DNA of 64,000 nt, taken from positions 29,514-93,513 of the IMG/VR virus record IMGVR_UViG_3300000478_000013. The stretch is one strand, 5' to 3'. A program made the translations under genes and the position numbers. The notes beneath the pieces are model-generated. The model did not search any database, was not told the origin of the DNA, and worked only from the letters and a program-made list of their open reading frames with translations. Every line of letters begins with the position of its first letter. Position 1 is the stretch's first letter. Below, one piece after another: positions 18,263 to 28,562 of the stretch. Source of the DNA: a virus. Lineage: Duplodnaviria; Caudoviricetes.

Positions 18263-21132
18263 CGACCCTTAGGTAAGTCCCTTACTTGTGTCACAAGCTG
18301 GTCGTTCATAGGAGGCGGACCTCCTACTTGGTCAGGGTACGGACCTGGGGGATACCCATTTCCTCGCTCCTTACCGTTTTCTGGTCTGTTGGGAAGTGGG
18401 TTCACAAGGCTGTCCGCCGTGATATCCTCTGCCACCTCTCCGTGTTCCGCGGCAGACTCTACGTCAGACTCTTCCATTTCTCTCAGAAGAGAGTCATGAA
18501 GTGGTGACACCACTACTTCGAACCCGTTGATCGATGAAGGAACTTCCTTCTTCATGGCCCTTGGCATGGTAGTGTGCAGATAAAGAATAGGTTTACCATG
18601 AGGGGATAAATCGCGCCTCACATCCTTCACCCGTGGGTCTCCCTTAAACATATTCCTTAGCTTAATAACGGCCTCGTCTACCTCTTCTTCTGCTGCCCCT
18701 GATGGTGCAGAGGGGTCCCTCGGCAAGTTCATGAACTTTAGCCCAGGACGCGCTTTTTGACGGATGTCGTCTACTATCTCCTTTTCTACAAAGTCCTCAG
18801 TAGACTCCTCTTCCTTGGGGGCATCTGGGTTCAACATAGGCCTGTCGTTGACCACAAAAACACTACCACTGTCCTGGGTGGCAGGACCAGATACAGGCGC
18901 CCCGCCCGGAGGAGGGCTACTCACGGGGGCGACTGGCGGGAGGAAAGGGAGGTGCCCACCTCCTGGGGGATTGACAGCAGGAGGAACCTTCAGTGTGACG
19001 TCTCCTGGAAAACGACCAAACGGTGGAGGTTCAAACGCTTCTGGAGGAGGCGGAGCAGATACGGACTTAGGTACCTGAACGATGTAGTAAACGTCATCCT
19101 CTCCGATGACATGTGCGAAGGGGGGAGGTCCTTCAGGCACAGGTGGCATCCCCATGAATTCTGGGGGTGGCGGCATGTGATCGTGTGGAACAGGTGGCAT
19201 CGAAGGACCCATTTCTGGAGGACATGCAGACCGTAACCATGCTTTCTTTATCTCTATTTCTTTTCCGTTGTCTATCCTACGAACCTTATACGCAGGACTC
19301 TTGTTGGCTTGTCTGACAACTTCCACAAGCTCCACCATAGTGGTCTCGCCTGTATCTGGATCCTTCTCCATCCATTGCTGCCCTACTTCAGGAACCACAC
19401 CAATAGCCCCATTTGCGTATCTGATGATGTCCTTCTTGGACGCTATAAAAATGTGAGCAGAAACTCTAAGCCTATCAGACAAGGCGGCTACTCTTGACCT
19501 AAGTGGGTCATCGGTGGCTAGGTTACTGACCACATCCGCCAGTTTTTGAGACCCCTCTAGTGACATTACGCTGGGAACTCTCTCTACCTTAGATGGAGAT
19601 GCAGGTATATAGGTAAGAGCCACACGAAAAGCAGAGTACTTGCTGATGGGGAAGTCTGTGTATCGGTATATACCGAAGTCTTTTTCAATGAACTGGTCAG
19701 CATCCTCCATAATTTGGAATACTTCTACCTTGTACCCAAACTCGCCCTTGACTTCCTCAAGGAAAAAAGACACGTCCTCTTCTCTATCAAATGGAATGTC
19801 GTAGGTAAGGTGCTTTGTCTTGACGGCGTTCTTCTTGCGAAGAAAGTCCCTAAACTCAGGATCCCGAAGAGCGTTGCCGGTAAAAGTTACACGCATTACC
19901 GGACCTGCGGTTTTTACTGTTGATGCATTCTTCGGCATTCTTTCACCTTCGCCAATAGTTTCTAACAACGCCTTGTCGGCCGCTATTACATAATTACCAC
20001 TAATTAATATGGGTTCGTTTGCCACTAGATATATTTTGTATTGGAATTTTCCTCTTCTCTTAGAGGAAGGGTACTGGTCCAACAAAGTTTCAATCGTGTC
20101 GTCGACCTTAACTCCATAGTAAAGGTCTCCTTTCCTACGATTGGATTCCACGAGTAACATACGAACAAACGGGTCGGACTCAGCAAGCTCCTCAATCTGA
20201 GCCAGGTGTTCCTTGCTAGACAGCTTCTGTATGTCTTTTATCTTTGCCGCCTCTTTCAACGTGACGTAACTAGCACACTTGACATAGCTGCCCTGACTCC
20301 ACCGGAACGAAGGGCAGTTTTTGTCTCCTACGCGGCAGAAGGCAAACCTATCTGTTACCTTAGTAACCTTTTCTGGCAGACGAAGGTCTGGGCAATCATC
20401 CTTTTCTACCTTCCAATTACCCTGAGCCCCCATGTAAGCGGGGATTAGCCCTATCTCTTCTACGTAGTAGTTCTTTATCTTGTCTGCTGCATCCGCTATT
20501 CTTTGAGCAGATAGAGGCATGTTTCTTTTGCGCAGAAGAGATTCTACTTTGATTAGGACATGGTGTGGGGACAACATTTCTGCTACCTTGAGGGAGGATG
20601 TGCCTTCGTTTAGAGCAGAAGTTTCTTCTTCCAAGTACTCAGACCACTTCGATAAGACGGACTCTCTGACAGAAGGCCAGAAGCTGTCTATGTAGTTCCA
20701 ATAAGGTCTCACCTTCTCCAAGAAACCTGCCTCTACAGGTATCTTGTTTGACTTCTCTCTCATTGTACGTACGGTGTCAGACTCAAGCTTTGCATACTTT
20801 GTGTACGCCTTTGTCACCACCTGAAGAACTTCATCTAGTATTTCATTTTTCTCTTTGTTATCAAGTACTTCATCAAACACCACGGCGGATAATCCGACAC
20901 GAATTTTGTCTATCGCTTCTAAGTGTGTGTCGATCTTGGGGAGTAGTGACATCTCTTTAAGATCAATGAAGAACTTTTTGGCCTCCTCTACATCATCCTG
21001 AAGTGCAACCACGGAAGGAATTAGATGAACCAGGTGCTGAGCCACACCCTCTTTTATGAGGGCGTCCCAGTCCGCCTCCGATATCTCCAGAAAGGCTATA
21101 GCCAGGTCTTTTCGCTTGTCCTTGTCAGTCAT
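18259..21132 (-). CDS. 957-aa multidomain probable internal head protein with Pro-rich segment
   Basis: Long ORF with ATGA coupling; small domains separated by K/R-x-A motifs. Confidence 0.6.
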   Translation of the reverse strand: MTDKDKRKDLAIAFLEISEADWDALIKEGVAQHLVHLIPSVVALQDDVEEAKKFFIDLKEMSLLPKIDTHLEAIDKIRVGLSAVVFDEVLDNKEKNEILDEVLQVVTKAYTKYAKLESDTVRTMREKSNKIPVEAGFLEKVRPYWNYIDSFWPSVRESVLSKWSEYLEEETSALNEGTSSLKVAEMLSPHHVLIKVESLLRKRNMPLSAQRIADAADKIKNYYVEEIGLIPAYMGAQGNWKVEKDDCPDLRLPEKVTKVTDRFAFCRVGDKNCPSFRWSQGSYVKCASYVTLKEAAKIKDIQKLSSKEHLAQIEELAESDPFVRMLLVESNRRKGDLYYGVKVDDTIETLLDQYPSSKRRGKFQYKIYLVANEPILISGNYVIAADKALLETIGEGERMPKNASTVKTAGPVMRVTFTGNALRDPEFRDFLRKKNAVKTKHLTYDIPFDREEDVSFFLEEVKGEFGYKVEVFQIMEDADQFIEKDFGIYRYTDFPISKYSAFRVALTYIPASPSKVERVPSVMSLEGSQKLADVVSNLATDDPLRSRVAALSDRLRVSAHIFIASKKDIIRYANGAIGVVPEVGQQWMEKDPDTGETTMVELVEVVRQANKSPAYKVRRIDNGKEIEIKKAWLRSACPPEMGPSMPPVPHDHMPPPPEFMGMPPVPEGPPPFAHVIGEDDVYYIVQVPKSVSAPPPPEAFEPPPFGRFPGDVTLKVPPAVNPPGGGHLPFLPPVAPVSSPPPGGAPVSGPATQDSGSVFVVNDRPMLNPDAPKEEESTEDFVEKEIVDDIRQKARPGLKFMNLPRDPSAPSGAAEEEVDEAVIKLRNMFKGDPRVKDVRRDLSPHGKPILYLHTTMPRAMKKEVPSSINGFEVVVSPLHDSLLREMEESDVESAAEHGEVAEDITADSLVNPLPNRPENGKERGNGYPPGPYPDQVGGPPPMNDQLVTQVRDLPKGR

Positions 21133-22102
21133 AGCTTACTTCGAGTAGGTACAGGTAGGCAGAATCCATATCCCTGTCATGTATCATCCTCATGAGATCT
21201 GGGGGTACATTCTCTTCTACAGATCCTGACTTTTTTGATGTAAGTCTAGCCTCTATAAAAGAGGCATACCTGTAGGCGGCAGTAGCAGCCTTCTTCTGTC
21301 CGCCTGCTTCCGCCTTCTTCCCAAGAGTAACAAGACCTCGTTTTGCTTCCTTGAGACCCAGAAGCTCCTGCCCGGAAGAGGCAACTCGTGTAAGAATGGA
21401 GTTGGCTATTCCTCGTGTATCCAGTACCAGGTCTATGTTGTCGTAGAAGCACTCGTTTATGCGGGTCTCTAGGTCTGAGCCACGGATGTCTTTCAAGAGA
21501 ACAGAGTCAGGACCTAATTCCTTTAGCAGCTCTCCGGCAATTACTTCCTTCAGTTGCCTTATTTCAGGCCTTTGGTGTAGCTTCAGCCTAACCAGAACTC
21601 GGGTAGCTATGCGCCTAAACTCGTCCCAGTCCGCTTCTCCTGCGATGCGCACTAGCTCTTCCGCTTCGTCCGTAAATCCGGACTCTCTTAGTTCTTTGGC
21701 AAGAGAAGAAATCATGATGGGTTGAGTTCCTGGTGAAGGTATACCTACATAAGAAAGGTTTTGGCTTGGAGTTCCTAGGGGTCCCTTGTTTTGTTTGGAC
21801 CTGGATTGCTGTCTGGCCTTTTCTCGTAGCTCCGTTGCCCTTCTTTTCTGTCCCTTGGGCCACAGCTCACAAATTATCTCTGTAGCGTCAGGGTCTTTGG
21901 ACAGCTTCTTGTACTGTACACCGTTTTCGTTTAGGTCGTCGAAAAATGCTTTAGGAGAGTGGTCTCTGTCTTTTCTAAACTTGAGAACTATGGTCTTCAG
22001 CCCGGTCTGAGGGTCTGATATGGAGCGCATGTCAATATACCTAAGGTGGTGAGCCTTAAGTAGTTTTGTAGCTATTGCTCTTATGTCCACAGCAGAGGGC
22101 AT
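21125..22102 (-). CDS. Probable internal head protein
   Basis: Contains SSLAKELRESGFTDEAEELVRIA helical motif. Confidence 0.55.
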   Translation of the reverse strand: MPSAVDIRAIATKLLKAHHLRYIDMRSISDPQTGLKTIVLKFRKDRDHSPKAFFDDLNENGVQYKKLSKDPDATEIICELWPKGQKRRATELREKARQQSRSKQNKGPLGTPSQNLSYVGIPSPGTQPIMISSLAKELRESGFTDEAEELVRIAGEADWDEFRRIATRVLVRLKLHQRPEIRQLKEVIAGELLKELGPDSVLLKDIRGSDLETRINECFYDNIDLVLDTRGIANSILTRVASSGQELLGLKEAKRGLVTLGKKAEAGGQKKAATAAYRYASFIEARLTSKKSGSVEENVPPDLMRMIHDRDMDSAYLYLLEVSYD

Positions 22103-22480
22103 TCATTCGCCTCTACGAGTTCTATTGAAAAGATCGGCAAGACGAGAAAGCCTGAGTTCTTCGTCGTCTATCTCTTGTATAGCCTCAAGCTCCTTCTTTA
22201 CTTCTTCTTCCTTCTCTGCCGCCTGCCTAATCTCTTCTTCAGCTTCTTCGTGGACCCTTTGTAGGTCCTCCCTGAGCTTCTCTTCTTTTCTTCTGATCTT
22301 GTCATCTGTTGGTGCCTCCTTCTTTCTTCGACCAAAGAGAAAGAACACACCAGAAACTGTGACAATGGCCGCAACAACGTACCCCCATACCTTCTTAGAA
22401 AGGTCTGGCTTAAACTTGTGCAGCAGCAGAAGCACCAAGGCCGCTACACAGAACATTATCAGTAGAGATAGAGTTTGCAT
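22103..22480 (-). CDS. Membrane-anchored coiled-coil protein
   Basis: Two N-terminal hydrophobic segments followed by a highly charged helix. Confidence 0.6.
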   Translation of the reverse strand: MQTLSLLIMFCVAALVLLLLHKFKPDLSKKVWGYVVAAIVTVSGVFFLFGRRKKEAPTDDKIRRKEEKLREDLQRVHEEAEEEIRQAAEKEEEVKKELEAIQEIDDEELRLSRLADLFNRTRRGE

Positions 22481-22481
22481 G

Positions 22482-22901
22482 TCACACTACTATGGGTTGG
22501 AAGGTAGGTAATACTCGCAGAGTTTCCTCGAACTGACCCTCAATCCACATCTGTACTATTACATCGTCGCTTGCTCCAATGGTCTCTATAGTAAGCTCAT
22601 GGTATACGATCCCCTCGCCAAGAAAGACGGCAGGAAATACATGCCATAGAAGCTCAGAAGGTCCTACTACCTGGTCAAACATGACTGTAGAGAAGTTTCC
22701 TGCTAGGAGAGGGTCGTCACTGACACCCAAAGCTAGCACGTGAGACAGACTTGCACGAAAAGGGTCTGCGGTAGAAGTGTTCCTGAAGAATATTTTGGGG
22801 TGCAGAATAGGAGACACTGGAAGGTTGGTTTCCAGAGTTATGGTCCTCGACTCTGTGGGGGCCAACCGAATCGGGTAAAGTTGTCTTACAGGTATGAGCA
22901 T
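22482..22901 (-). CDS. Beta-rich putative virion protein
   Basis: Composition and operon context. Confidence 0.5.
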   Translation of the reverse strand: MLIPVRQLYPIRLAPTESRTITLETNLPVSPILHPKIFFRNTSTADPFRASLSHVLALGVSDDPLLAGNFSTVMFDQVVGPSELLWHVFPAVFLGEGIVYHELTIETIGASDDVIVQMWIEGQFEETLRVLPTFQPIVV

Positions 22902-23137
22902 TATAGAATCCGGGTTACGTCCCTTAGCCTCTTGGCTATGGACACTAGAGAGTAAGGAGATATACCGTTTTTATTACAGGCTCGTTCAAAGTGAGATTTA
23001 GCCTTTTTCCATTGGTCAGTCAAAGACTTGGACTCGTATATATCATCTGCAAACTTTCTCAGCACACTCTTCCAGAGTTCTGTTGCTTCTGGATTTATGG
23101 AAGACGGAGGGTTCTTGTATGATGGTGCCTTTTTCAT
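22901..23137 (-). CDS. Small ChaB-like helical protein
   Basis: PEATELWKSVL...DQWKKAKSHF...C...PY shared with 25622-26464. Confidence 0.5.
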   Translation of the reverse strand: MKKAPSYKNPPSSINPEATELWKSVLRKFADDIYESKSLTDQWKKAKSHFERACNKNGISPYSLVSIAKRLRDVTRIL

Positions 23138-23574
23138 ACTTCTTCCTCCACTCTCAGACCGCTCCTAAGCTCTCCGTTTATGCCTGCGTCTAGCTGTGAC
23201 TCTAGGGGTATGTAGGGTACGTCTGCACGTGTAACAGGTATCCTTGCTTGAAGTACGTTGGCACTTGGAGCAGAGGATATTGGGAATGTTTCTATGGTAA
23301 CTTTTATAGCCATGTTCGTAGTTACAGGTGGTCTGCTGAACTGGAATATGAAGTCACCTTCTGCGTTGGCCCCGTTTCCAAATCTCTTATCAAACTCTAT
23401 ATACCTTATCTCAGAATTATTGTATAGAAGACTTATTCTTCCCTCTTTCGCATAGTTTGGGAATCCCAGTTCTTGGTCTGGGTCATTCAAGAATACCACA
23501 ACCAACACCGTATCGCCATCAGCGATGTACTCGGCTCTAGCGTCTAACACTAGTCTAGTAGGTGTGGCAGGCAT
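23134..23574 (-). CDS. Ig-like putative virion protein
   Basis: Beta-strand pattern; context. Confidence 0.5.
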   Translation of the reverse strand: MPATPTRLVLDARAEYIADGDTVLVVVFLNDPDQELGFPNYAKEGRISLLYNNSEIRYIEFDKRFGNGANAEGDFIFQFSRPPVTTNMAIKVTIETFPISSAPSANVLQARIPVTRADVPYIPLESQLDAGINGELRSGLRVEEEV

Positions 23575-23578
23575 TGGT

Positions 23579-23989
23579 TTATAGTATCGGAGTTGGGGCC
23601 TTGAACGTGGTTCCCTGAGAACCGACCGTAGTGTTTCTGTTTCTGAATACTATGGTGTCTGGATTGCTTACGATGAGGGTAATTCTTTCTACGTTTGTAC
23701 CAGCTGCAGCGTCGTAAGAGTAAGTGATAGTAAGCTCGTACATCTCGAAAAGAGCGTCAGACAAGTCTATGGGGGCAGAGTAAAGAAAGGAACTACCAGC
23801 CACCAGAGTAAGTGAAACTTCACCCAATGCTCCCATATTAAGATCTTTTACGTACACCCCAGTACTTGGGTCCATACGAAATATCTCGCAAAGAGGGTCA
23901 GCGTCAGGCGTTACTAAAGTTCCGTCTTCTCTCTTCGTAACTATGCTTACTGCGGTGAAGGCCTGATCTCTGTGCGCTATGATGGTCAT
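23579..23989 (-). CDS. Ig-like putative virion protein
   Basis: REDGTLVTPDADP resembles EEDGTPLVPLDP in the 55804 N-terminal domain. Confidence 0.5.
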   Translation of the reverse strand: MTIIAHRDQAFTAVSIVTKREDGTLVTPDADPLCEIFRMDPSTGVYVKDLNMGALGEVSLTLVAGSSFLYSAPIDLSDALFEMYELTITYSYDAAAGTNVERITLIVSNPDTIVFRNRNTTVGSQGTTFKAPTPIL

Positions 23990-25614
23990 TGTCCCTCCTC
24001 CAGAAGGTCTGGGAACTCATCCTCAGACAGAGAACGGTTGAACCCTCGTTCTATCTTTATGTGCTGCTCTATCGCCTCTAGCTCTTCATTTATCTCGTTG
24101 ATAGTATTCTCTATCCCCATCCTGTTCTTCACGACTCGTACAACGCTGGAGGGCTTTGGGAAGTAAAATGCGGCGCCCGTCTTGGTTTTAACAACCTCTG
24201 GGGTTTGTCCCAAAAGCTCCGCCATCTTATTCTTGTAATCCCCCAGCAAATCAACCAAGTGGTCTCTGAAGGACGACCCTTGCGTATCTTTTTGCTCGTC
24301 TCCAGGAGCATTCGCCCACAGGATGATCATCCTGTATTTATCATCAAACTCCACAAACCCAGAAAATCTGTTCTTCTTTATGAGTTCCAGCTGGAACTCG
24401 GACAGGTGCTTTCCTATGAACTTCTCTTCTTTTATGTTCACGCTTGGAAACGCATCGTCTATCTGATCCGGCCGGAAAGGGAGCTTTACCAACGTTACCA
24501 GTTGAGAATTTCCTGGTCCGGGCTCACTTATCGAGGTCAGCAGCTCGCTCTCTAATGACATCTCGTCTACTGCTCTGTTTCCTCTTAGCATCCCTCTCGC
24601 CACATCAAACTTGGATTCAAGAAGAGAAACCACCTTTTCTACATAGTTGTCATACGGAGAGGTGATCGTAGCCTTCCTACCTACAAGGGAAGCCTTTACG
24701 GCACCCTTTGACTTGTCTTCTATGTCATTTAGGACTTTGGCCCATTCCTCTGGGGTACCCTTGTCATGGAACATTACGGAAATCTGGTAGGAGGGCTTGG
24801 CTGTGAGTATGTTGGTTATCTTTTCTCTCTTTGTGTTCGAACCTTGGTCCCAGTCAGGTCTTACCGACAACACAGCCCTAGTAAGGTCCCTCAAGTCAGA
24901 AGGAGCAACAGCATACCATTTTGGTTTAGACCCTGTACCTTCCACGTAAGAGTTCAAAAAGTATAAGGTGAGGAGGGGACCCTCAGGAGATGTACCTGCG
25001 GTAGAGTTGATAGCAGCGGCCAGATCGTCGTACCTCTTGTCGAGAAACTCACTTCTTTCCTTGCTATTTCTTACAGCATCGTCTCCTACTGTGTAGGATT
25101 GCCCTTCCGTGGAAACCTTCTTAACAGAGGCTATCAGAGAGTCTACCAGAGAAACCAAGTCCCTTCCGGTGGTTCCTTCTAAATGAGGGTCGTTGTCGTC
25201 GTGAAACCTAAGCTCGTAAAGCTTGTCCCGTAGCCTACGAAGTGGCCTGTCCAACGCGTTGAACTCCCCGCCAGAAAAGTTAGGAGAAGGATTCTTGAAT
25301 GTTCCTTGGGTCGAAGAGTCTATCCATTCCATCCTTTTCTTTGTGGATGGGAGTTTGTACCCTCGGTTCTCAAGGTATCGCACCAAGGAAGATATGATGG
25401 ATATAGGCTGACTTACGGGAGGAAGGCTGTCGCTCTTTAGATTGTTATGAGCGTAAAGTACTGAAAGTAAGGAGCTTATGTCCTTATCGAAAAGTGTGGG
25501 GTCGCCAACCAAATTGGCAAGGGTAGCCAGCTTGATGTTAGAGGTGGACAACACCTCTCTGGCTACTCTCTGAAGGTACAGGGCCCTTTTCTCTAGTTTT
25601 ATTCTGGCATTCAT
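23986..25614 (-). CDS. Probable internal head protein (542 aa)
   Basis: Long ORF in head block. Confidence 0.55.
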   Translation of the reverse strand: MNARIKLEKRALYLQRVAREVLSTSNIKLATLANLVGDPTLFDKDISSLLSVLYAHNNLKSDSLPPVSQPISIISSLVRYLENRGYKLPSTKKRMEWIDSSTQGTFKNPSPNFSGGEFNALDRPLRRLRDKLYELRFHDDNDPHLEGTTGRDLVSLVDSLIASVKKVSTEGQSYTVGDDAVRNSKERSEFLDKRYDDLAAAINSTAGTSPEGPLLTLYFLNSYVEGTGSKPKWYAVAPSDLRDLTRAVLSVRPDWDQGSNTKREKITNILTAKPSYQISVMFHDKGTPEEWAKVLNDIEDKSKGAVKASLVGRKATITSPYDNYVEKVVSLLESKFDVARGMLRGNRAVDEMSLESELLTSISEPGPGNSQLVTLVKLPFRPDQIDDAFPSVNIKEEKFIGKHLSEFQLELIKKNRFSGFVEFDDKYRMIILWANAPGDEQKDTQGSSFRDHLVDLLGDYKNKMAELLGQTPEVVKTKTGAAFYFPKPSSVVRVVKNRMGIENTINEINEELEAIEQHIKIERGFNRSLSEDEFPDLLEEGQ

Positions 25615-25621
25615 ACTAAAA

Positions 25622-26464
25622 CTACCTAGTCTTTTTGGGCCTTATAGCCTGCCACGTGCCTAGATCGTACCCGTCTTTGGTTAGCTGGTCAAAAAGCTTC
25701 TTAAGAAGCCTGGACGCTGGTTTAGCCATAGAGTAACCGTCGTAACACAGCCCATTGTGCAGCTCACTTATGGACCTAGTCAGAGTGTTCTTTGCGTGCA
25801 TAGAGCAGGATCCAGATCCTGCAGGAGATACGTACATGGGTACGTTTCTCCTCGCACATTCCTTAGCCCAGAACTTGTGTGCAAGAGCCCACTGGTCCCC
25901 TTCGTTCTTAGGGGACACAATCATTCTACGACGCTTAGGATCTTTAAGGACCGCATTCCAACACTTCTCTGCCTCCGGAGATGCCCCTTGAGGTGGGTGC
26001 CCCACCTTAGGCGACCCCTTACCTGCTCTGGCCATTCTGAGTCTTGTGGCCTTGGGTATGGCCCTGGCCTCGGCTACGACCTCTCGAATCTCTTCTTCCG
26101 TGAAGGATGTGTTGGCATCCGCCTGTAGATTGAGAGGCATGAGAGGTCTGTTGAGGAAGCCGTTCGCCTTCAGCCAAGAAGTAGAATCCTCTAGGTCAGT
26201 CGGCTTCCACACTAGAGCTACTGCTTCTTGTAGGTGATCTAGCCTTACCTTGTTCTGAACATAGACTTTGGCCATGTTCCTCATTTGCTCTTCGTTCTTT
26301 ATCCCCAGGAGCCTTAGTCTTCCCAGGAACTGGGAATAGTACTGCTCAGGAAGCACCTTAAACATCTTGAGCCAAGCAGATTCCTCCTCCACGATCCTCC
26401 ATAGCAGTTCCTTAGGCGCGTAAAGAACTGCCTTCTTTTGTTGGTCTAGGGGGAGAACGTCCAT
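25622..26464 (-). CDS. Probable head protein with ChaB-like helical domain
   Basis: SPEAEKCWNAVL...DQWALAHKFW. Confidence 0.55.
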   Translation of the reverse strand: MDVLPLDQQKKAVLYAPKELLWRIVEEESAWLKMFKVLPEQYYSQFLGRLRLLGIKNEEQMRNMAKVYVQNKVRLDHLQEAVALVWKPTDLEDSTSWLKANGFLNRPLMPLNLQADANTSFTEEEIREVVAEARAIPKATRLRMARAGKGSPKVGHPPQGASPEAEKCWNAVLKDPKRRRMIVSPKNEGDQWALAHKFWAKECARRNVPMYVSPAGSGSCSMHAKNTLTRSISELHNGLCYDGYSMAKPASRLLKKLFDQLTKDGYDLGTWQAIRPKKTR

Positions 26465-27159
26465 CAGAAAAACTCTCTTATGATGTCAATTTCAGAACGG
26501 GCTTCGCTGATCATACGAAGGGCCATGTCCATTTCTTTGTTGTGATTCTTCTTGTGTGCTACAACAGCTTTCACTGAGGCAAGCACCATAGCCTTAGCAA
26601 GAGGCAGAGAATTAGGTACTCCCTGCGCCTCCAGCCTCTTTGCAGTCTTCGCTATAACAGAGGCTATCCTCTTTTTCTCGTCAGCGACAGAGGCAGACCT
26701 TTGGTTACCACCGCCCCCAGCGGACTGCTGGGCTACCTGCTGAGCACCCTGTCCTATCATTTGTGCCACGTTTCCTGCGATGTCGGCCCACATGTCTGGG
26801 GGTAAATTCTTAGCAAATTGCATTATCTTGGGGCCAAGTTTGGCTATCATGGGTCCAAGAGCGCGCACGAGGGCGAGAAGCGCAGGATGGGCTGTCTTTT
26901 CCACGTCTGCTTTTACCATTCGACGCATCTTTGCGGCTACTTCTAACATTCTCTTTTCTTGCGATGTGTTCATGGCCTTCCTTACCCACTTTCCGTTGTC
27001 TTTCTTCCAATTTTTCTTTACGGCTCCCCAGGAATATTGATACTTGTTTTCTACGTCACTCCCCGCGTTCTCGTAAGCATTCATCCAAACTTTTTGCGCG
27101 TCCTCTGGGAGTGACTTCACCTGTGTAGGCAGGTCTTTTATACTGGAGTAGGGCATCAA
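26464..27159 (-). CDS. ChaB-domain protein
   Basis: MPYSSIKDLPTQVKSLPEDAQKVWMNAYENA...WGAVKKNWKKDNGKWV is the ChaB signature. Confidence 0.88.
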   Translation of the reverse strand: MMPYSSIKDLPTQVKSLPEDAQKVWMNAYENAGSDVENKYQYSWGAVKKNWKKDNGKWVRKAMNTSQEKRMLEVAAKMRRMVKADVEKTAHPALLALVRALGPMIAKLGPKIMQFAKNLPPDMWADIAGNVAQMIGQGAQQVAQQSAGGGGNQRSASVADEKKRIASVIAKTAKRLEAQGVPNSLPLAKAMVLASVKAVVAHKKNHNKEMDMALRMISEARSEIDIIREFF

Positions 27160-28562
27160 ATCCTCTCATGAAGTGGAAGGCTTCGGGTAAACTTCGGCTC
27201 CTTCACTACAGTTTGTGTTTGAGGTGCCTTAACATACGTGACTATTCTTTCGTCTGTACCTTCAAATCCTGGTCCCAAGGCTTCTTTGTCCTGGTCTTCT
27301 TCCTGGTCAAAATCTAGAAACCTAGATAACTTGTCCGCTACATTGGTTTGTCCTCTTTTACGCGCCTCTTTGGCCACTGCTGCCAATTTGAGCTTTGCCT
27401 TCTTGGGCATGTACGTCACTAGGGCGCGGTAAAATACTTGAAACCCGTCTGGACCCATTTCTCGTACCTCGGTGACCTCTATCTCCTGCTCCGCCTTGTC
27501 CGTAACAATCTTTATTTGGTGCCCCTCCATGTCATCTACAGCCAAGGCCTGGGAAGAATCCAATAGACGAATTCTCATGTCACCGTCCTTCATGGACAGT
27601 ATTTCTACTGGTATGACTACATCTCCTGCTTGAAGGTAATTTTCGCTGTCAGAAGAGGCCTCTACCTTGTTACTGAGACTTACGTTCCATGACTTTTCTT
27701 TCCCGACATTAATGTCCACCGAATCTACCCTCCAGGTCAGGGATTTAACAGCAGCATAGTTCTTTGGACTCTTGCTGTATTCTAAGGTTACATGGGGGTT
27801 GTAGTTCTTTCCTGTGAAGGTCTTATCAATGAGACCGGGCTTCACGAACTCTATGGCGTCTAGACACATGTCGTGGAAATCAGTGAGGGCAGTAGACTTA
27901 ACCTTTGCAACATGAGGGTAAGTTCCATCTTTCTGAGGAGTAGGGAAAGTTGTGGTCCCATCGAGCTGCACTTCAAAGGTTCCTATCTCTTTTGCTATAT
28001 CCTCAATAAGGGGTATTATTTCCTTGGCGTCTTCCTCAGAAATAGAAGGGAAGTACATCACTGTAATGTGCGGGCCGTACTCCAAGTCTGAGGCAAAGGG
28101 CATATGATCTGCTATGTTCTTTGGGACGCTTATGCCTATGATTCCACTGTCCTTTTTGGACGCAGATATGAGTGGCCTCTGGTCATCTGAGGAAAAAGAG
28201 AAACTGATGACAAATGGCATGTGGGAGTATCTTTCAAAAGTGGACCCAGAAGGAAGGTCCGTAACTCCAGTAAGGAGTCCCATAAACTCATCCGTTCCTG
28301 CCCTGAACCTTACCGCCTTGCCTACTCTTGACTTGATGTACCTATAGATGTGCTCTATGTCTGATTGAGTGTCATCCTGATCTGTGGACCAAAGGAACTT
28401 TATCCTAAGCGTTCCTTCGCTCTCCTTGGACGAAAGAATCGTAGCTTCAAACGACTGGGAGTCCAACGTGATGGACACGTCCTTGTTTAGATACTTAGTC
28501 AGTACCCTAGAAGCAGACTCTGGGTCTGTTATCTTGTCAGCCGTAAGAAAACGTAGTTTCAT
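27156..28562 (-). CDS. 2H phosphoesterase (LigT/Acb1-like) domain protein in head block
   Basis: Two HxT motifs PHITVMY and PHVTLEY; start moved to ATGA-coupled ATG 28562. Confidence 0.85.
   Translation of the reverse strand: MKLRFLTADKITDPESASRVLTKYLNKDVSITLDSQSFEATILSSKESEGTLRIKFLWSTDQDDTQSDIEHIYRYIKSRVGKAVRFRAGTDEFMGLLTGVTDLPSGSTFERYSHMPFVISFSFSSDDQRPLISASKKDSGIIGISVPKNIADHMPFASDLEYGPHITVMYFPSISEEDAKEIIPLIEDIAKEIGTFEVQLDGTTTFPTPQKDGTYPHVAKVKSTALTDFHDMCLDAIEFVKPGLIDKTFTGKNYNPHVTLEYSKSPKNYAAVKSLTWRVDSVDINVGKEKSWNVSLSNKVEASSDSENYLQAGDVVIPVEILSMKDGDMRIRLLDSSQALAVDDMEGHQIKIVTDKAEQEIEVTEVREMGPDGFQVFYRALVTYMPKKAKLKLAAVAKEARKRGQTNVADKLSRFLDFDQEEDQDKEALGPGFEGTDERIVTYVKAPQTQTVVKEPKFTRSLPLHERI

Noticed and set aside
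22103-22480. Holin or spanin call
   Set aside because: Membrane topology is compatible, but no endolysin or lipoprotein partner is nearby
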